A stretch of DNA of 64,000 nt from a virus. The stretch's first letter is position 1. The number at the start of each line of letters is the position of its first letter. Below the pieces are notes generated by a model. It made no database searches. It was not told where the DNA came from and saw only the letters and a program-made list of their open reading frames with translations. Of the stretch, positions 29,236 through 38,615 are shown piece after piece. The translations under genes were made by a program, and so were the position numbers. Where the stretch lies: positions 19,367 through 83,366 of IMG/VR virus record IMGVR_UViG_3300042445_001604; one strand, 5' to 3'.

Positions 29236-29377
29236 CGCGCCACGCGGGCGGGCGGGGAAACCCGCCCGCTTTCGCGTACCCGCCCACGACACGCCCGACA
29301 CTCTCACCGCTTGACTTTTGTTTGATACCGTGATAGACTTGCGATAGCAAGTCACCACAACGAAAGGACAAACCAGA

Positions 29378-29509
29378 ATGAACGTCATTCTCACCGCCAC
29401 CTACACGGACGGCACAGTCGAAACATTCACCACCAAGCGCGGACAGCACTACCGCCTAGTCCAAGCACTACGCAACGCGGGCGCGACCGTCACGGGCGTA
29501 CTCGCCTAG
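29378..29509 (+). CDS. hypothetical protein (43 aa)
   Basis: TTGACT..TAGACT promoter, ACGAAAGGA RBS, hairpin+T terminator 29524-29553. Confidence 0.75.
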   Translation: MNVILTATYTDGTVETFTTKRGQHYRLVQALRNAGATVTGVLA

Positions 29510-29640
29510 CACACGCACCACGCAACGCCCGCCGAGAGATTGGCGGGCGTTTTGCGTTTCCCGTCCGCGCACCCGTGCCCGCCGACCACGCTCAAAAAAG
29601 GTGTACTTTCCCCGCGCCCACCCGCCGACGTCGTGGATAC

Positions 29641-29669
29641 TTGACAAACGCCCGCGCTACTGGTATGAT
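29641..29669 (+). promoter_or_regulatory. sigma-A-type early promoter
   Basis: TTGACA-N17-TATGAT. Confidence 0.8.
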
Positions 29670-29704
29670 GATGTCATCAGCAACACCAAACAAGGAGATA
29701 CAAA

Positions 29705-29902
29705 ATGACCAGCACCCCCGCCACCGTTCTCGGTTCGGTTATGATTACCGCCGTCCTCGCGAACGGTATGCCCGTGAAAATGGTTCAGCACGTCGGTAAC
29801 GAAAACGTGCTTGACGACTACCGCGAGATGTACGCTACTCTCGTCGCGCTTGGCAAGTACCAGAGCGCCACCGTCGAAGCATACGGCTACCGCAACGCCT
29901 AA
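29705..29902 (+). CDS. hypothetical protein (65 aa)
   Basis: AAGGAG RBS, promoter and terminator. Confidence 0.8.
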   Translation: MTSTPATVLGSVMITAVLANGMPVKMVQHVGNENVLDDYREMYATLVALGKYQSATVEAYGYRNA

Positions 29903-30048
29903 CACGCGCCACACGAACGCCCCGCCGAAACGCGGGGCGTTCGCTTTTGTCCGCGACACGCCAACACCGTAAGCACTTGCGAATGTCTGCCGTCTATGGT
30001 ATACTAAAAGTAAGAAGCAACACCACACCAAACAAAGGACAAAACGAA

Positions 30049-30186
30049 ATGACCACCGTCACCGCCAACTTTGGAAACCGCACCGAGAGCGTAGACGTCC
30101 CCGACGCCTACATTGACGACGTGATTGACGACTACTTTGCGAATGGCGCGATTACCGTCACGACCAACAGCGACGCACTCGTCTAA
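30049..30186 (+). CDS. hypothetical acidic protein (45 aa)
   Basis: TTGCGA-N17-TATACT promoter, AAAGGA RBS, terminator. Confidence 0.8.
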   Translation: MTTVTANFGNRTESVDVPDAYIDDVIDDYFANGAITVTTNSDALV

Positions 30187-30393
30187 CGCCCGCCAGCGAC
30201 GCCCCCGCCGAAACGCGGGGGCGTTGTCGTTTGCGCTCATCGCGACCGCGCAACACCCGCGCCCCGCGTTGCTCAAAAAACATATACTTTTGCCCGCGCA
30301 CCGCGAGCGCCCCGCGACACGATAAAACGGTACGACTTGCGAAAATAAATAATCCCTGGTAGAGTGGTGGTACACCACGACGAAAGGAACACA

Positions 30394-30666
30394 ATGACAA
30401 ACGCCGAACTAAAACGAGAAATTCGCACGGAACTCAAACGCGCTGGCGAATGGGTATCCAAAAGTTCTACCACCGCAGTACGCAGTTTTCACAACGCAAC
30501 TAGCGGGTGGAACATTAGCGAGTTTGCTGGGAATGTCCAACTCAACTATGTTCGAAACGGAATGGGCGCGACAACGCAGGACGACTTGGCGCGAGCGTTT
30601 GCTATTCTCGCAAACGCTGGGCTAGGCGTAGAGATTAGGGACAACCGAGTGTTTGTGTCCGCATAA
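30394..30666 (+). CDS. hypothetical protein (90 aa)
   Basis: TTGCGA-N17-TAGAGT promoter, ACGACGAAAGGA RBS. Confidence 0.8.
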   Translation: MTNAELKREIRTELKRAGEWVSKSSTTAVRSFHNATSGWNISEFAGNVQLNYVRNGMGATTQDDLARAFAILANAGLGVEIRDNRVFVSA

Positions 30667-30874
30667 GCAATCGTCAAACCGAGCGGGCGGGGAGAAATCC
30701 CCGTCCGTTTTCTTTTTGCGTAACCGCGCACCCCCCGCGCCCGCCGACCACGCTCAAAAAAGGTATACTTTTTCGACCCCGCCCCACCGCGACCGTCACG
30801 ATTAGGTTGTGTCGGCAGTAGATGATATACTTGACACAACGCGGGAAACCGCCTAACCAAAGGACACAAACGAA

Positions 30875-31168
30875 ATGACCACCACATACCCCACACGCGT
30901 AATGGACACCCCTACGCTTCTCAACCAAATCGGGCAGATGAACTTCCTAGCCATCTCTGGCGGGCGTATTGCCTACGACAACAACAACGGCGTTATCTTG
31001 CCCGTATCGAACGGCTACATTGTCCGTATCGTCCTCGCTGGAAACGACACCTACCGAGTAACGCGCGAATACAAGCGTGGCACTTACACCGTCAAGCGCG
31101 AGTGGACAGATGTTTACTGTGACGAAATCGGGGAAATCGCGTATCTCGCTTCTTGCTTCCGCGACTAA
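30875..31168 (+). CDS. hypothetical protein (97 aa)
   Basis: AAAGGA RBS; terminator 31181-31208. Confidence 0.8.
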   Translation: MTTTYPTRVMDTPTLLNQIGQMNFLAISGGRIAYDNNNGVILPVSNGYIVRIVLAGNDTYRVTREYKRGTYTVKREWTDVYCDEIGEIAYLASCFRD

Positions 31169-31260
31169 AAATCAAAACGCAAACGCCCGCGCTAACCACG
31201 CGGGCGTTCTGCTTTTACCCGCGCAACCGCGAGCGCCGAAAGTATATGTTTTTTGAGTGA

Positions 31261-32670
31261 CTACCGCGAGCCGAAAATACGCCCGCCCGTACGCCCACCG
31301 CGTCCGAGCGTAATGCGCCGTCCCGCGACAGACTTAGCCGTAATGTTCCCGCCCAAAAACCCAGCGGGTGGTTTGATGAGCAACGCCGTGAGCGCGTGAA
31401 CGAGCGCGTCCACGCGGTCTGGGGATTTTCCCTCGCCCGGTATCCACGACGTCATTTGACTTTCTAGTTCCGCGAGAAACCCTATGTGATGTACGCGCCC
31501 TTGTTCGTAGGCGAGCGTAATCGGTTCTGCCCTCAACGCTTTTCCGTACTTCGAGTGAACTTCCAACACTTGGATTGTCGGGTCGATTGTTTGGATTGCG
31601 TTACGCACTAACGCCCCACCTTGATTGACTTCTGCGACGACGGGGCAACCCCACTTGCGAGCCATTGCCACAACCCGTTCTGCCCACACCGTAGGCGAGC
31701 CAAGCACCGAAGCGTCCTCAATTACCCACGATTGACGTTTGTATAGGTCGCGTTCACCCGTGCTTGCGACGACGACGATACCGCACTCATCACGGGGATT
31801 TTCAGCAACCGACGGGTCTACGCCGATTACGCGCAACGGTACTGATGACGGCATACCGTTTTGACGATTGTTTTCGATTAGTTCGTCCGTCCACAACGCG
31901 CCCTCAACCGCGTCCAACATTTCACCGTAAAGTTCTTGACGGGCTAACCGCGTACCTTCGTAAACGCCCGTGATTGCGTCTATGTATGATGACGACAAGT
32001 TGCCCGCGTTATCCATTGTTGAGCCACGCGATACCCAGATTTTTCCTGTCTTGTCCGCTTCGCCCAACAAGTCATATAAAAGTTTTACGCGCTTCGGCGT
32101 TGTTGTTGCCAAGATTTGTGGATTGCTTCCGAGTCGAGTAGCGACGCGCAAGTTATCCCACGACGACATTCCCGCTGCGTCTGGCGTCTGACGCCACGCT
32201 GCAACTTCGTCTGCCCACGAGTAGTTTGCTTGGACACCACGCAAGGAGTCTGGTTCATCTGCCGTGCCGAGCAACGCGACGTTTCCGTTTGGCCAGGTCA
32301 GACGGCGCTTCGACGGTTCATACAACGGCATCTCCGACGGCGGGGATACACTCATAATTCCCGAATCGCCCTCAACCAAAACGTCACGCACGTCCGCTGC
32401 GGTACGAGCAACTAAAAGGAAACGCAACTTTCCCTCTGATGTTACTCGCGCTTTTTCGCGTACCCATTCAGCAGCCGAGCGCGTCTTACCCGCGCCACGT
32501 CCTGCGAGAAACAAACCAACATTCCACGACGAATCTTTCGGCGGGATTTGTTCGGGTCGTCCCCAAAAGTCCCACGCCCATAGTAAGTTGTCTGGGTCTA
32601 TGCCCGCCATTGCTTCGGCGCGTTCTGCTTCGGGGAGTGCCGCTACGATTTGCGCGAGTGATTGTGCCAT
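31261..32670 (-). CDS. terL: terminase large subunit
   Basis: Walker A AGRGAGKT, Walker B WADE, TTTP coupling motif, RNase H-like VIGVDPS and SPDRVDA. Confidence 0.95.
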   Translation of the reverse strand: MAQSLAQIVAALPEAERAEAMAGIDPDNLLWAWDFWGRPEQIPPKDSSWNVGLFLAGRGAGKTRSAAEWVREKARVTSEGKLRFLLVARTAADVRDVLVEGDSGIMSVSPPSEMPLYEPSKRRLTWPNGNVALLGTADEPDSLRGVQANYSWADEVAAWRQTPDAAGMSSWDNLRVATRLGSNPQILATTTPKRVKLLYDLLGEADKTGKIWVSRGSTMDNAGNLSSSYIDAITGVYEGTRLARQELYGEMLDAVEGALWTDELIENNRQNGMPSSVPLRVIGVDPSVAENPRDECGIVVVASTGERDLYKRQSWVIEDASVLGSPTVWAERVVAMARKWGCPVVAEVNQGGALVRNAIQTIDPTIQVLEVHSKYGKALRAEPITLAYEQGRVHHIGFLAELESQMTSWIPGEGKSPDRVDALVHALTALLIKPPAGFLGGNITAKSVAGRRITLGRGGRTGGRIFGSR

Positions 32671-32767
32671 TTACTCATCATACCACTCAAAAAACCTATA
32701 CTTCTGGCAACCGCCTGCCGAGCAAAAGAAAAACCCCCCGCCCGTAGGCGAGGGGCTGGGGGAAGAC

Positions 32768-32935
32768 TTAGTAGTCTTCGCGCGGGTCGTACCCGCCTGC
32801 CCCACGCGCCACATTGTGGCACGGAAGACAGCGTTCCACGGGGTCGCCCGCGTGGAAGAACAGCACGGGGGAAAAGTCCCCGCATGCCTCGCACTCGCGC
32901 TCGCGAGTGAAGGGGTTTTCGTCAAGGTCGAACAC
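32768..32935 (-). CDS. small Zn-ribbon protein (CxxC...CxxC)
   Basis: GTG after CGAAAGGA; TTGACT..TAGTCT promoter. Confidence 0.7.
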   Translation of the reverse strand: MFDLDENPFTRERECEACGDFSPVLFFHAGDPVERCLPCHNVARGAGGYDPREDY

Positions 32936-33109
32936 GAGAAAATCCTTTCGGTTGGTGGAACACCAGACTAACACACATCACACACAAAGTCAAGTCCCGA
33001 CGCACCGCGTAGCCCCCCGCGCTGAAAGTATATGTTTTTTGAGTAGCCACCCCGAAGTCCGCCCCAAAAGGAAAACCCCCCGCTTCCGCGAGGGGCTTCC
33101 GTGTCCGCG

Positions 33110-33361
33110 TTACCGCGAGCGACGAGCGTAGCGAGGGGCGCGATAAGTTACCGCGTTCCAAGCGAACAGAATTACCGAGATGGTCAGCGCACCGATTGCT
33201 TCTGCGAGCGCCATACCGCCGACATAGAACTCAAAACTTTCGCCGTACTTGATTGCGTCGGTGATGAGAATGAGCGAGATAAATCCCGCAACGCCCAGAA
33301 AGAAAAGGGCGACGCCCGCGCGTACTTTCCGCGCGGAGTTGGTGTTGGTGGTGTTTGTCAT
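33110..33361 (-). CDS. small two-TM membrane protein (leaderless)
   Basis: TTGACA-N18-TATACT-N6-ATG; two hydrophobic segments. Confidence 0.8.
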   Translation of the reverse strand: MTNTTNTNSARKVRAGVALFFLGVAGFISLILITDAIKYGESFEFYVGGMALAEAIGALTISVILFAWNAVTYRAPRYARRSR

Positions 33362-33365
33362 AGGA

Positions 33366-33557
33366 CTAGTATATCACTTTGTCCAGCGCAATGTCAAATG
33401 GTTCGAAGCCGAGCGCGTTGCCAATTTCGATACCGTTTGTGCGAGCGTAAATGCGAGCATTCACGAGCGAGTTCGACGTGATTTTCACCGTGTCGTATTC
33501 GAGTGCCGTCACGCCGAGCGCTTCGAACTCGAATGTGTATGCGTTGTTATTTGTCAT
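33366..33557 (-). CDS. hypothetical protein (63 aa, leaderless)
   Basis: TTGACA-N17-TATAGT-N6-ATG. Confidence 0.75.
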   Translation of the reverse strand: MTNNNAYTFEFEALGVTALEYDTVKITSNSLVNARIYARTNGIEIGNALGFEPFDIALDKVIY

Positions 33558-33714
33558 ACACCCACTATACCAAGTAACGTAGCGTTTGTCAAGTCGCAAG
33601 ATGAGCGTGTCGCCAACCCCCGCCCGCTACTCAAAAAACATATACTTTCCCCGACGCCCGTCGCAGGAAACACGGAAGCCCCCCACCCAAAGGTGAGGGG
33701 CTTCTTTGCGAGGA

Positions 33715-33819
33715 CTACTCGCCGTAGTAGCCGTAGTCCTCGTCCGTGCCAAACCCCGCGCTGGCGAGCGCGTCGGCGTCCGCCCAAGCGTCGTCGCCGT
33801 CGTAGTCGTCAAAGTCCAT
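33715..33819 (-). CDS. 34-aa highly acidic peptide (MDFDDYDGDDAWADADALASAGFGTDEDYGYYGE)
   Basis: ACGACGAAAGG RBS, TTGACT..TAGACT promoter, terminator 33677-33703. Confidence 0.8.
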   Translation of the reverse strand: MDFDDYDGDDAWADADALASAGFGTDEDYGYYGE

Positions 33820-33993
33820 TGTCCCCCCCTTTCGTCGTTGCCACCAGTCTACCCCATAGCACCGACAAAGTCAAGCAACGACACACCGAGCGAGGCTCAT
33901 CACCCGCGCACGGAAAGTACACCTTTTTTGAGCCACGCCCCGCGCACAGCAAAACGCCCGCCGTTTCCAGCGGGCGCTTGCGAGAGGCGGGCG

Positions 33994-34446
33994 TTACACC
34001 CGCGAGGCGCACACCGGGCCGATACCCGCGCTAACCGACTTCGGGTCGGTGAGGAACGCGCTACACACACAGCAGATACCCGTTTCCACGCCCCACGCTT
34101 TCGCTTCGTCAAGGGTCATACGGTCGTCAGCGGTGATGAGGCGCATTGCGCCCTGCTCGAAAACGAACGTGTTGTTCGCCCAGTCGAGTTTCTTGGCGTA
34201 GAGGCGTCCGCTCTCACGCGAACGCTGAATGCGGTAAATGTCGCCGTTTGCGAGGCGGTACATTCCGAGTTCGAGTTCGACGAACGAAACCCGCGAGGCG
34301 GGCTTGGGCATTGCGAGCAAAAACTCAATGAGTTCGCTCGCTTCGCGGACGGTCAAGCCAGCCGACTTGCGCTCGGCAAGGTCGTACTCGCGCTCACTCG
34401 CGAGCGAGGTGAGGAACGAAATTTGCTTGGGAGTTGCGGGGTTCAT
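33994..34446 (-). CDS. DUF6011-like Zn-binding protein
   Basis: C-terminal GICCVCSAFLTDPKSVSAGIGPVC; N-terminal PATPKQISFL helix module. Confidence 0.8.
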   Translation of the reverse strand: MNPATPKQISFLTSLASEREYDLAERKSAGLTVREASELIEFLLAMPKPASRVSFVELELGMYRLANGDIYRIQRSRESGRLYAKKLDWANNTFVFEQGAMRLITADDRMTLDEAKAWGVETGICCVCSAFLTDPKSVSAGIGPVCASRV

Positions 34447-34647
34447 CTTGTGTCCTTTCGGTGGTGGGTGCTTCGTGCTTCCAGTCTAACACACACCTAC
34501 GACAAACGCAAGTCACGACACACATTCGGCGTTTCCGCGAGCGCCGACGGCGCACCCGCGCTCGCCCCGCGCGAAAGTATATGTTTTTTGAGCCAGCGGG
34601 GAAAAGAAAAACCCCCGCGCAAGGAGAATACGCGGGGGGCTTTCTTT

Positions 34648-34758
34648 TTAGAGTTGGATACGCTCTCCCGTGATGATGTTCACCACGACCGCACCCGGCC
34701 CGAACGCTGCTTCCATTTCGTAGCGTTCCTCGTCAGAGATTTCGCGCTTGTCGCTCAT
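34648..34758 (-). CDS. hypothetical peptide (36 aa)
   Basis: TTGACA..TAGACT promoter, GAAAGGGA RBS, terminator. Confidence 0.7.
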   Translation of the reverse strand: MSDKREISDEERYEMEAAFGPGAVVVNIITGERIQL

Positions 34759-34945
34759 TTCTCGTCCCTTTCTCTTTTGATTTGTTATCACTAGTCTACA
34801 CTATCTGTTTTGATTTGTCAAGTCAGACCGCACATTGTCTTTGTCAATGTATAAAGTGTGTCGCGCTAGATTTTTAGTACTGTTAGTGATACAATGCTAG
34901 ACCGCAAAAAGAAAACCCCCGCATAGCGGGGGCTTCTTTGTCAGG

Positions 34946-35473
34946 TTATGACTTTGATTTCAGCACTTGGTATGAGCCACCGTCGCCGTTCAGTTGGGGC
35001 ATATACCCGTACCGAGCCAGACGGAAACGGATACTCGCGGGCGTTACGCCCAACCGCTTTGCCAGACGATAAATTGTCACGCCCTCGACCGTCCGAGCGT
35101 GGTTGAGTAGTCGTGAAAACTCCTCGCCCTCTGCCCGAAACGCGGGAGATTTTCCGCGCACTTGGGAAGCGAGTGGACGCAATTCACGCAACCGCGCAAG
35201 TGTGTCCGCGTTCGGCTCGGTGTAAACGGGCTTCATCTTTTCGGCAACGACGGGCGGAAGCGGGATTTCGTCGAACACAATTCCAACGGTGTTTACCGTC
35301 GCAATTTGTCGTACTCGTTCCCGCGTAATTCCCGTTGCTTCGGATATGGACTGTAATGTCCAACCCGCGTTTCGTAGTGCTGTGATGTAATCGTTTCGTT
35401 CGTTGATACCTAGCGTTGTGAACTTTTCGTGGACTTCGCTAGGCAAGGTTAGGTTTGTTTTGCGAAACCGCAT
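34946..35473 (-). CDS. double helix-turn-helix DNA-binding protein (paralog of 26976..27491)
   Basis: AGWTLQSISEATGITRERVRQI and GVTIYRLAKRLGVTPASIRFRL. Confidence 0.8.
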   Translation of the reverse strand: MRFRKTNLTLPSEVHEKFTTLGINERNDYITALRNAGWTLQSISEATGITRERVRQIATVNTVGIVFDEIPLPPVVAEKMKPVYTEPNADTLARLRELRPLASQVRGKSPAFRAEGEEFSRLLNHARTVEGVTIYRLAKRLGVTPASIRFRLARYGYMPQLNGDGGSYQVLKSKS

Positions 35474-35587
35474 TGCTTGTGTCCTTTCGTTGATTATTAG
35501 TATTGACTTCACTAGCCTAACACGACCAAATAAAAAAGTCAAGCCCGCCACGCGCAACCGCACGACGGACTTGACTTTTGTTAGAGA

Positions 35588-36013
35588 CTATGCTAGAATT
35601 AGTTTGACTGTCCTGTCCCCAGCGAAAAGGGATTTTAGAAACTCTGCGTCGATTTCTCCGTCGCCCAACTTCTTATCGGCACGATACGCTTTCACCGCGT
35701 TGAGTGTCAATGCTTCGTAATAACCGGGCTTTGCTTGACGGACAATTTCGTAGCCCAAGTCAAACAAACGACGCTGAACTTGCCAAACCGACATTGACGT
35801 TTTGCTTTTTTTGTTCTCGAAAATAATGTTGCGCTCTAAAACTTCGACAAGTTCCGACGGCGCACTTTCCGCAGGACTTGTGACAGCAATTTCCTCGGCG
35901 GGTGTCGGCGCGATTTCTTCCTCGACTACCGCGAACATTTTGTCTTCGTCGGAAAGTACATCTTTTTTGAGTGACGACGGCGTGGTCGGCACGGGAGTTT
36001 TCTCATCTGACAT
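35588..36013 (-). CDS. peptidoglycan-binding-domain protein
   Basis: SVWQVQRRLFDLGY...GYYEALTLNAVKAYRADKKL..GEID (PG_binding_1-like). Confidence 0.7.
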   Translation of the reverse strand: MSDEKTPVPTTPSSLKKDVLSDEDKMFAVVEEEIAPTPAEEIAVTSPAESAPSELVEVLERNIIFENKKSKTSMSVWQVQRRLFDLGYEIVRQAKPGYYEALTLNAVKAYRADKKLGDGEIDAEFLKSLFAGDRTVKLILA

Positions 36014-36015
36014 TG

Positions 36016-36186
36016 TTATTCCTTTTGTGAGAGTACGGAGAGAGTAATGCTTCCAAGTCCCAAGACAACCGCAAGTCCCGTCATTGACGGAATAAAGATT
36101 GCTGTGGAGATGGCGACGACAATCAAGACAACCGAAATTACGGAAAGCCACGAGATGTCGCGGAGAATGATAAGTAGTCTGTTCAT
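36016..36186 (-). CDS. small two-TM membrane protein
   Basis: Hydrophobic 56 aa; TACGAT-N6-ATG leaderless start. Confidence 0.7.
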   Translation of the reverse strand: MNRLLIILRDISWLSVISVVLIVVAISTAIFIPSMTGLAVVLGLGSITLSVLSQKE

Positions 36187-36229
36187 TCTGCTATCGTACC
36201 ACAATTACTTTGTGTAACAACGGCGCGTG

Positions 36230-36424
36230 TTACTCGTCGCGCAAAGCACGGCGCAACTTTGCCCCGCGTGTCCGCGCTCGGCGTTCACCCGCGTTGGCGT
36301 GTGTTCCTGCGCCGTTCCCGCGAGAACGCTCAACGATTACGGCGTTGAGTTCACGCGCGTGGGCGTTGCGAACAGACAAGTTCGCCATACCCAAGACGGG
36401 CTTTTGCTTTTTGTTCTTTGCCAT
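36230..36424 (-). CDS. small basic protein (64 aa)
   Basis: TTGACA..TATACT promoter, GAAAGGA RBS. Confidence 0.75.
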   Translation of the reverse strand: MAKNKKQKPVLGMANLSVRNAHARELNAVIVERSRGNGAGTHANAGERRARTRGAKLRRALRDE

Positions 36425-36518
36425 TTCGTTTCCTTTCTCGTGGCGTAGTTACAGTATACCATTTGGCTACTGCGTTGTCAAGTAAGAAAGGGGCGAGATT
36501 TCTCTCGCCCCCGACTTG

Positions 36519-36614
36519 TTAGTCATTCCAAGCGTGGCCCGGAAACGCTTGCTTCATTTCGCGTTCCCAGCAAGGGAAGCACTTTCCCTCGTCGTTGTGT
36601 TCGCAGTTCGTCAT
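36519..36614 (-). CDS. 31-aa Cys/His peptide (MTNCEHNDEGKCFPCW...)
   Basis: TTGACA..TAGACT promoter, ACGAAAGGA RBS, terminator. Confidence 0.7.
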   Translation of the reverse strand: MTNCEHNDEGKCFPCWEREMKQAFPGHAWND

Positions 36615-36727
36615 TGCGTGTCCTTTCGTTGTGGTGTACCACCAGTCTACTACATACCTACGACATTGTCAAGTACCGACGGCGCACCCGCGCTGGGGGA
36701 AAGTATATGTTTTTTGAGTACGGCGCG

Positions 36728-36894
36728 AAAAAAGAAACGCGAGAGATTTTTCTCCCGCGTTCCGATTTGTCAAGTTTAGGGTGAGCATTTGTTTCGAGCA
36801 GACGCACATACTCAGGTGCGGAGAGCCGTCTGTTATGTTGCTAAACTGTTCGGCTCTCTTACAGTTTAGGGTGGTAGCCCACACTTTGGCTACA
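36728..36894 (-). ncRNA. putative structured non-coding RNA (~165 nt, two predicted pseudoknots)
   Basis: TTGACA-N17-TAGTAT promoter (36928-36900), no RBS or ORF (begins ATG-TAG), several complementary segments, intrinsic terminator 36728-36763. Confidence 0.7.
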
Positions 36895-36929
36895 TCTAAA
36901 TACTAGCACACGGCAATCCAAATGTCAAG

Positions 36930-37217
36930 TTAGGACATTGGTGGTGTCGTCGTCAAGTCGTAGTTTCGGAAACGGACTTCGTGCGCGAACAACATCACTT
37001 CGGGATTTACGGTGGAGATAGTCGCAATCTCAACTATGTCGCCCTGAACCATATGCTTCACGACTTCCCGTGACAACGCTCGTGCTGGCGCGACAAAAAA
37101 CTTCCGCCCCTTTTCGTCCGCCATAAAGAATGAACCGACGAACCCAATGGTCATTGGATTTCGTAGCACTCGCCCCGCGAGTATGCTGGTCTTTTGGTCT
37201 GCTGAGTATTTTGCCAT
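36930..37217 (-). CDS. hypothetical protein (95 aa, leaderless)
   Basis: TTGACA-N17-TACCGT-N6-ATG. Confidence 0.7.
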   Translation of the reverse strand: MAKYSADQKTSILAGRVLRNPMTIGFVGSFFMADEKGRKFFVAPARALSREVVKHMVQGDIVEIATISTVNPEVMLFAHEVRFRNYDLTTTPPMS

Positions 37218-37336
37218 ACCCCGACGGTACAACATCACCCGCGCATTGTCAAGCCCCGCGTTACTCAAAAAAACTATACTTTTGATTTCCCGGCCAAAAA
37301 AGAAACGGGGGACTTTCGCCCCCCGCCCTTTCCTTT

Positions 37337-37552
37337 TTACTCGTCGATTTCGATACCGTTAGCGACGGCGATTTCGTTGAGCCACGCGAGCGCGTCCTGC
37401 CGAGCGCGAAGTCCTCGTCCGAAGTCCTCGCCCGTAAGACGCTTGACGACCGAGAGTGCGGGTTCACGGGTGAGCGTCATACGCGACGTGTCCCACGTCT
37501 TGATTTCGATTTTGAGTGCTTGGCGCATTAGCACCAATTGGATTTCGTTCAT
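37337..37552 (-). CDS. hypothetical protein (71 aa)
   Basis: TTGACA..TATACT promoter, ACGACGAAAGGA RBS. Confidence 0.8.
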   Translation of the reverse strand: MNEIQLVLMRQALKIEIKTWDTSRMTLTREPALSVVKRLTGEDFGRGLRARQDALAWLNEIAVANGIEIDE

Positions 37553-37744
37553 TTCACTTCCTTTCGTCGTGGTGTCTTGCTTTGTAGTTTCAGTATACAC
37601 CCCACCACCGACATTGTCAAGTCCTGACGAAAAAATCTTTTCTGACATAATCCCAAAAATCCAAAAGTATACCTTTTTTGAGCAACTGCCGACCGCGCAC
37701 GGGAAACCCGCCCGCGCTCTCGCGTGGGCGGGCGACCGCGCCGA

Positions 37745-37978
37745 TTAGGAGAGAGCGTCTGCTCGCTCGTGGAAAATCTCGGAGTGTGCGTCCATTGACT
37801 TCTTGATAATGGCGTCCACCGTGGCGATAACCGTCTGGACTTCGTCCTCGGAGAGCGTACGGTACTGGGCGGTGAACAGCGCGTTCATCATAGCCGACCG
37901 CGCGTCCGAAGCGCCGAAACCGTGCCCGAGAGCGTACATCATATTCCCGTGGCGGATAGTGTTGTCGAGAGTGTTCAT
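37745..37978 (-). CDS. hypothetical protein (77 aa)
   Basis: Promoter, AAAGGA RBS, terminator. Confidence 0.8.
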   Translation of the reverse strand: MNTLDNTIRHGNMMYALGHGFGASDARSAMMNALFTAQYRTLSEDEVQTVIATVDAIIKKSMDAHSEIFHERADALS

Positions 37979-38089
37979 TTTGTGTCCTTTGTTTGTGGTG
38001 ACTTGATACTCTCATCTTACCGGGCACCTACGACATTGTCAAGTCCATAGCCAAAAGAAAAAGCGGGGACATTTCTGCCCCCGCTAGTC

Positions 38090-38416
38090 CTAGCCCGCGT
38101 AGTTCACGCCGTAGTGCGCGTGGACGGCGTCGGGGAAACGGTTGTCCCGTAGGTACTGCTGACCGTCCGTCGTGAGCGTCACGTCAAGATACTGACCGCA
38201 ATCGCACGCCGTCGGGGAGTCGGACTCGATTTCTCCGAAGTGGTCGGAGTGAGCGTAAGCACCGCTCTCGTGTTCCGCCGTGAACGACGGGTACTCGAAG
38301 TGGAGTCCGTTTTCGGTGGCGTACTCGCGAGCGCATTTCTCGCACGCGATGGCGATGAAGTCGCCCGCCCCGTCACCGATTACCCACGGTTCCGTGATGA
38401 AAAGAATGTTGTCCAT
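38090..38416 (-). CDS. hypothetical Cys-containing protein (108 aa)
   Basis: CEKC...CDCG; AAAGGGGA RBS. Confidence 0.75.
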   Translation of the reverse strand: MDNILFITEPWVIGDGAGDFIAIACEKCAREYATENGLHFEYPSFTAEHESGAYAHSDHFGEIESDSPTACDCGQYLDVTLTTDGQQYLRDNRFPDAVHAHYGVNYAG

Positions 38417-38615
38417 TCTGTTCCCCTTTTCTTTGTAGTTATCAAGTCCAGCAATTGCTGGTAGTAACCACTTTACACTAGTTCGACCAAAAGCGCAATA
38501 CCAAAAATTCTCGGGCGTGTCACCCGCGCACCTACCGCGCACAAAAGTACACCTTTTTTGAGCGCACCGCGATAGGCGGGCGGGGCTTGCGCCCGCACCC
38601 GCCCGACCGCCCGCG

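Noticed and set aside
36669-36884. 71-aa ORF across the putative ncRNA
   Set aside because: No RBS; runs through the terminator and the 19-bp site.
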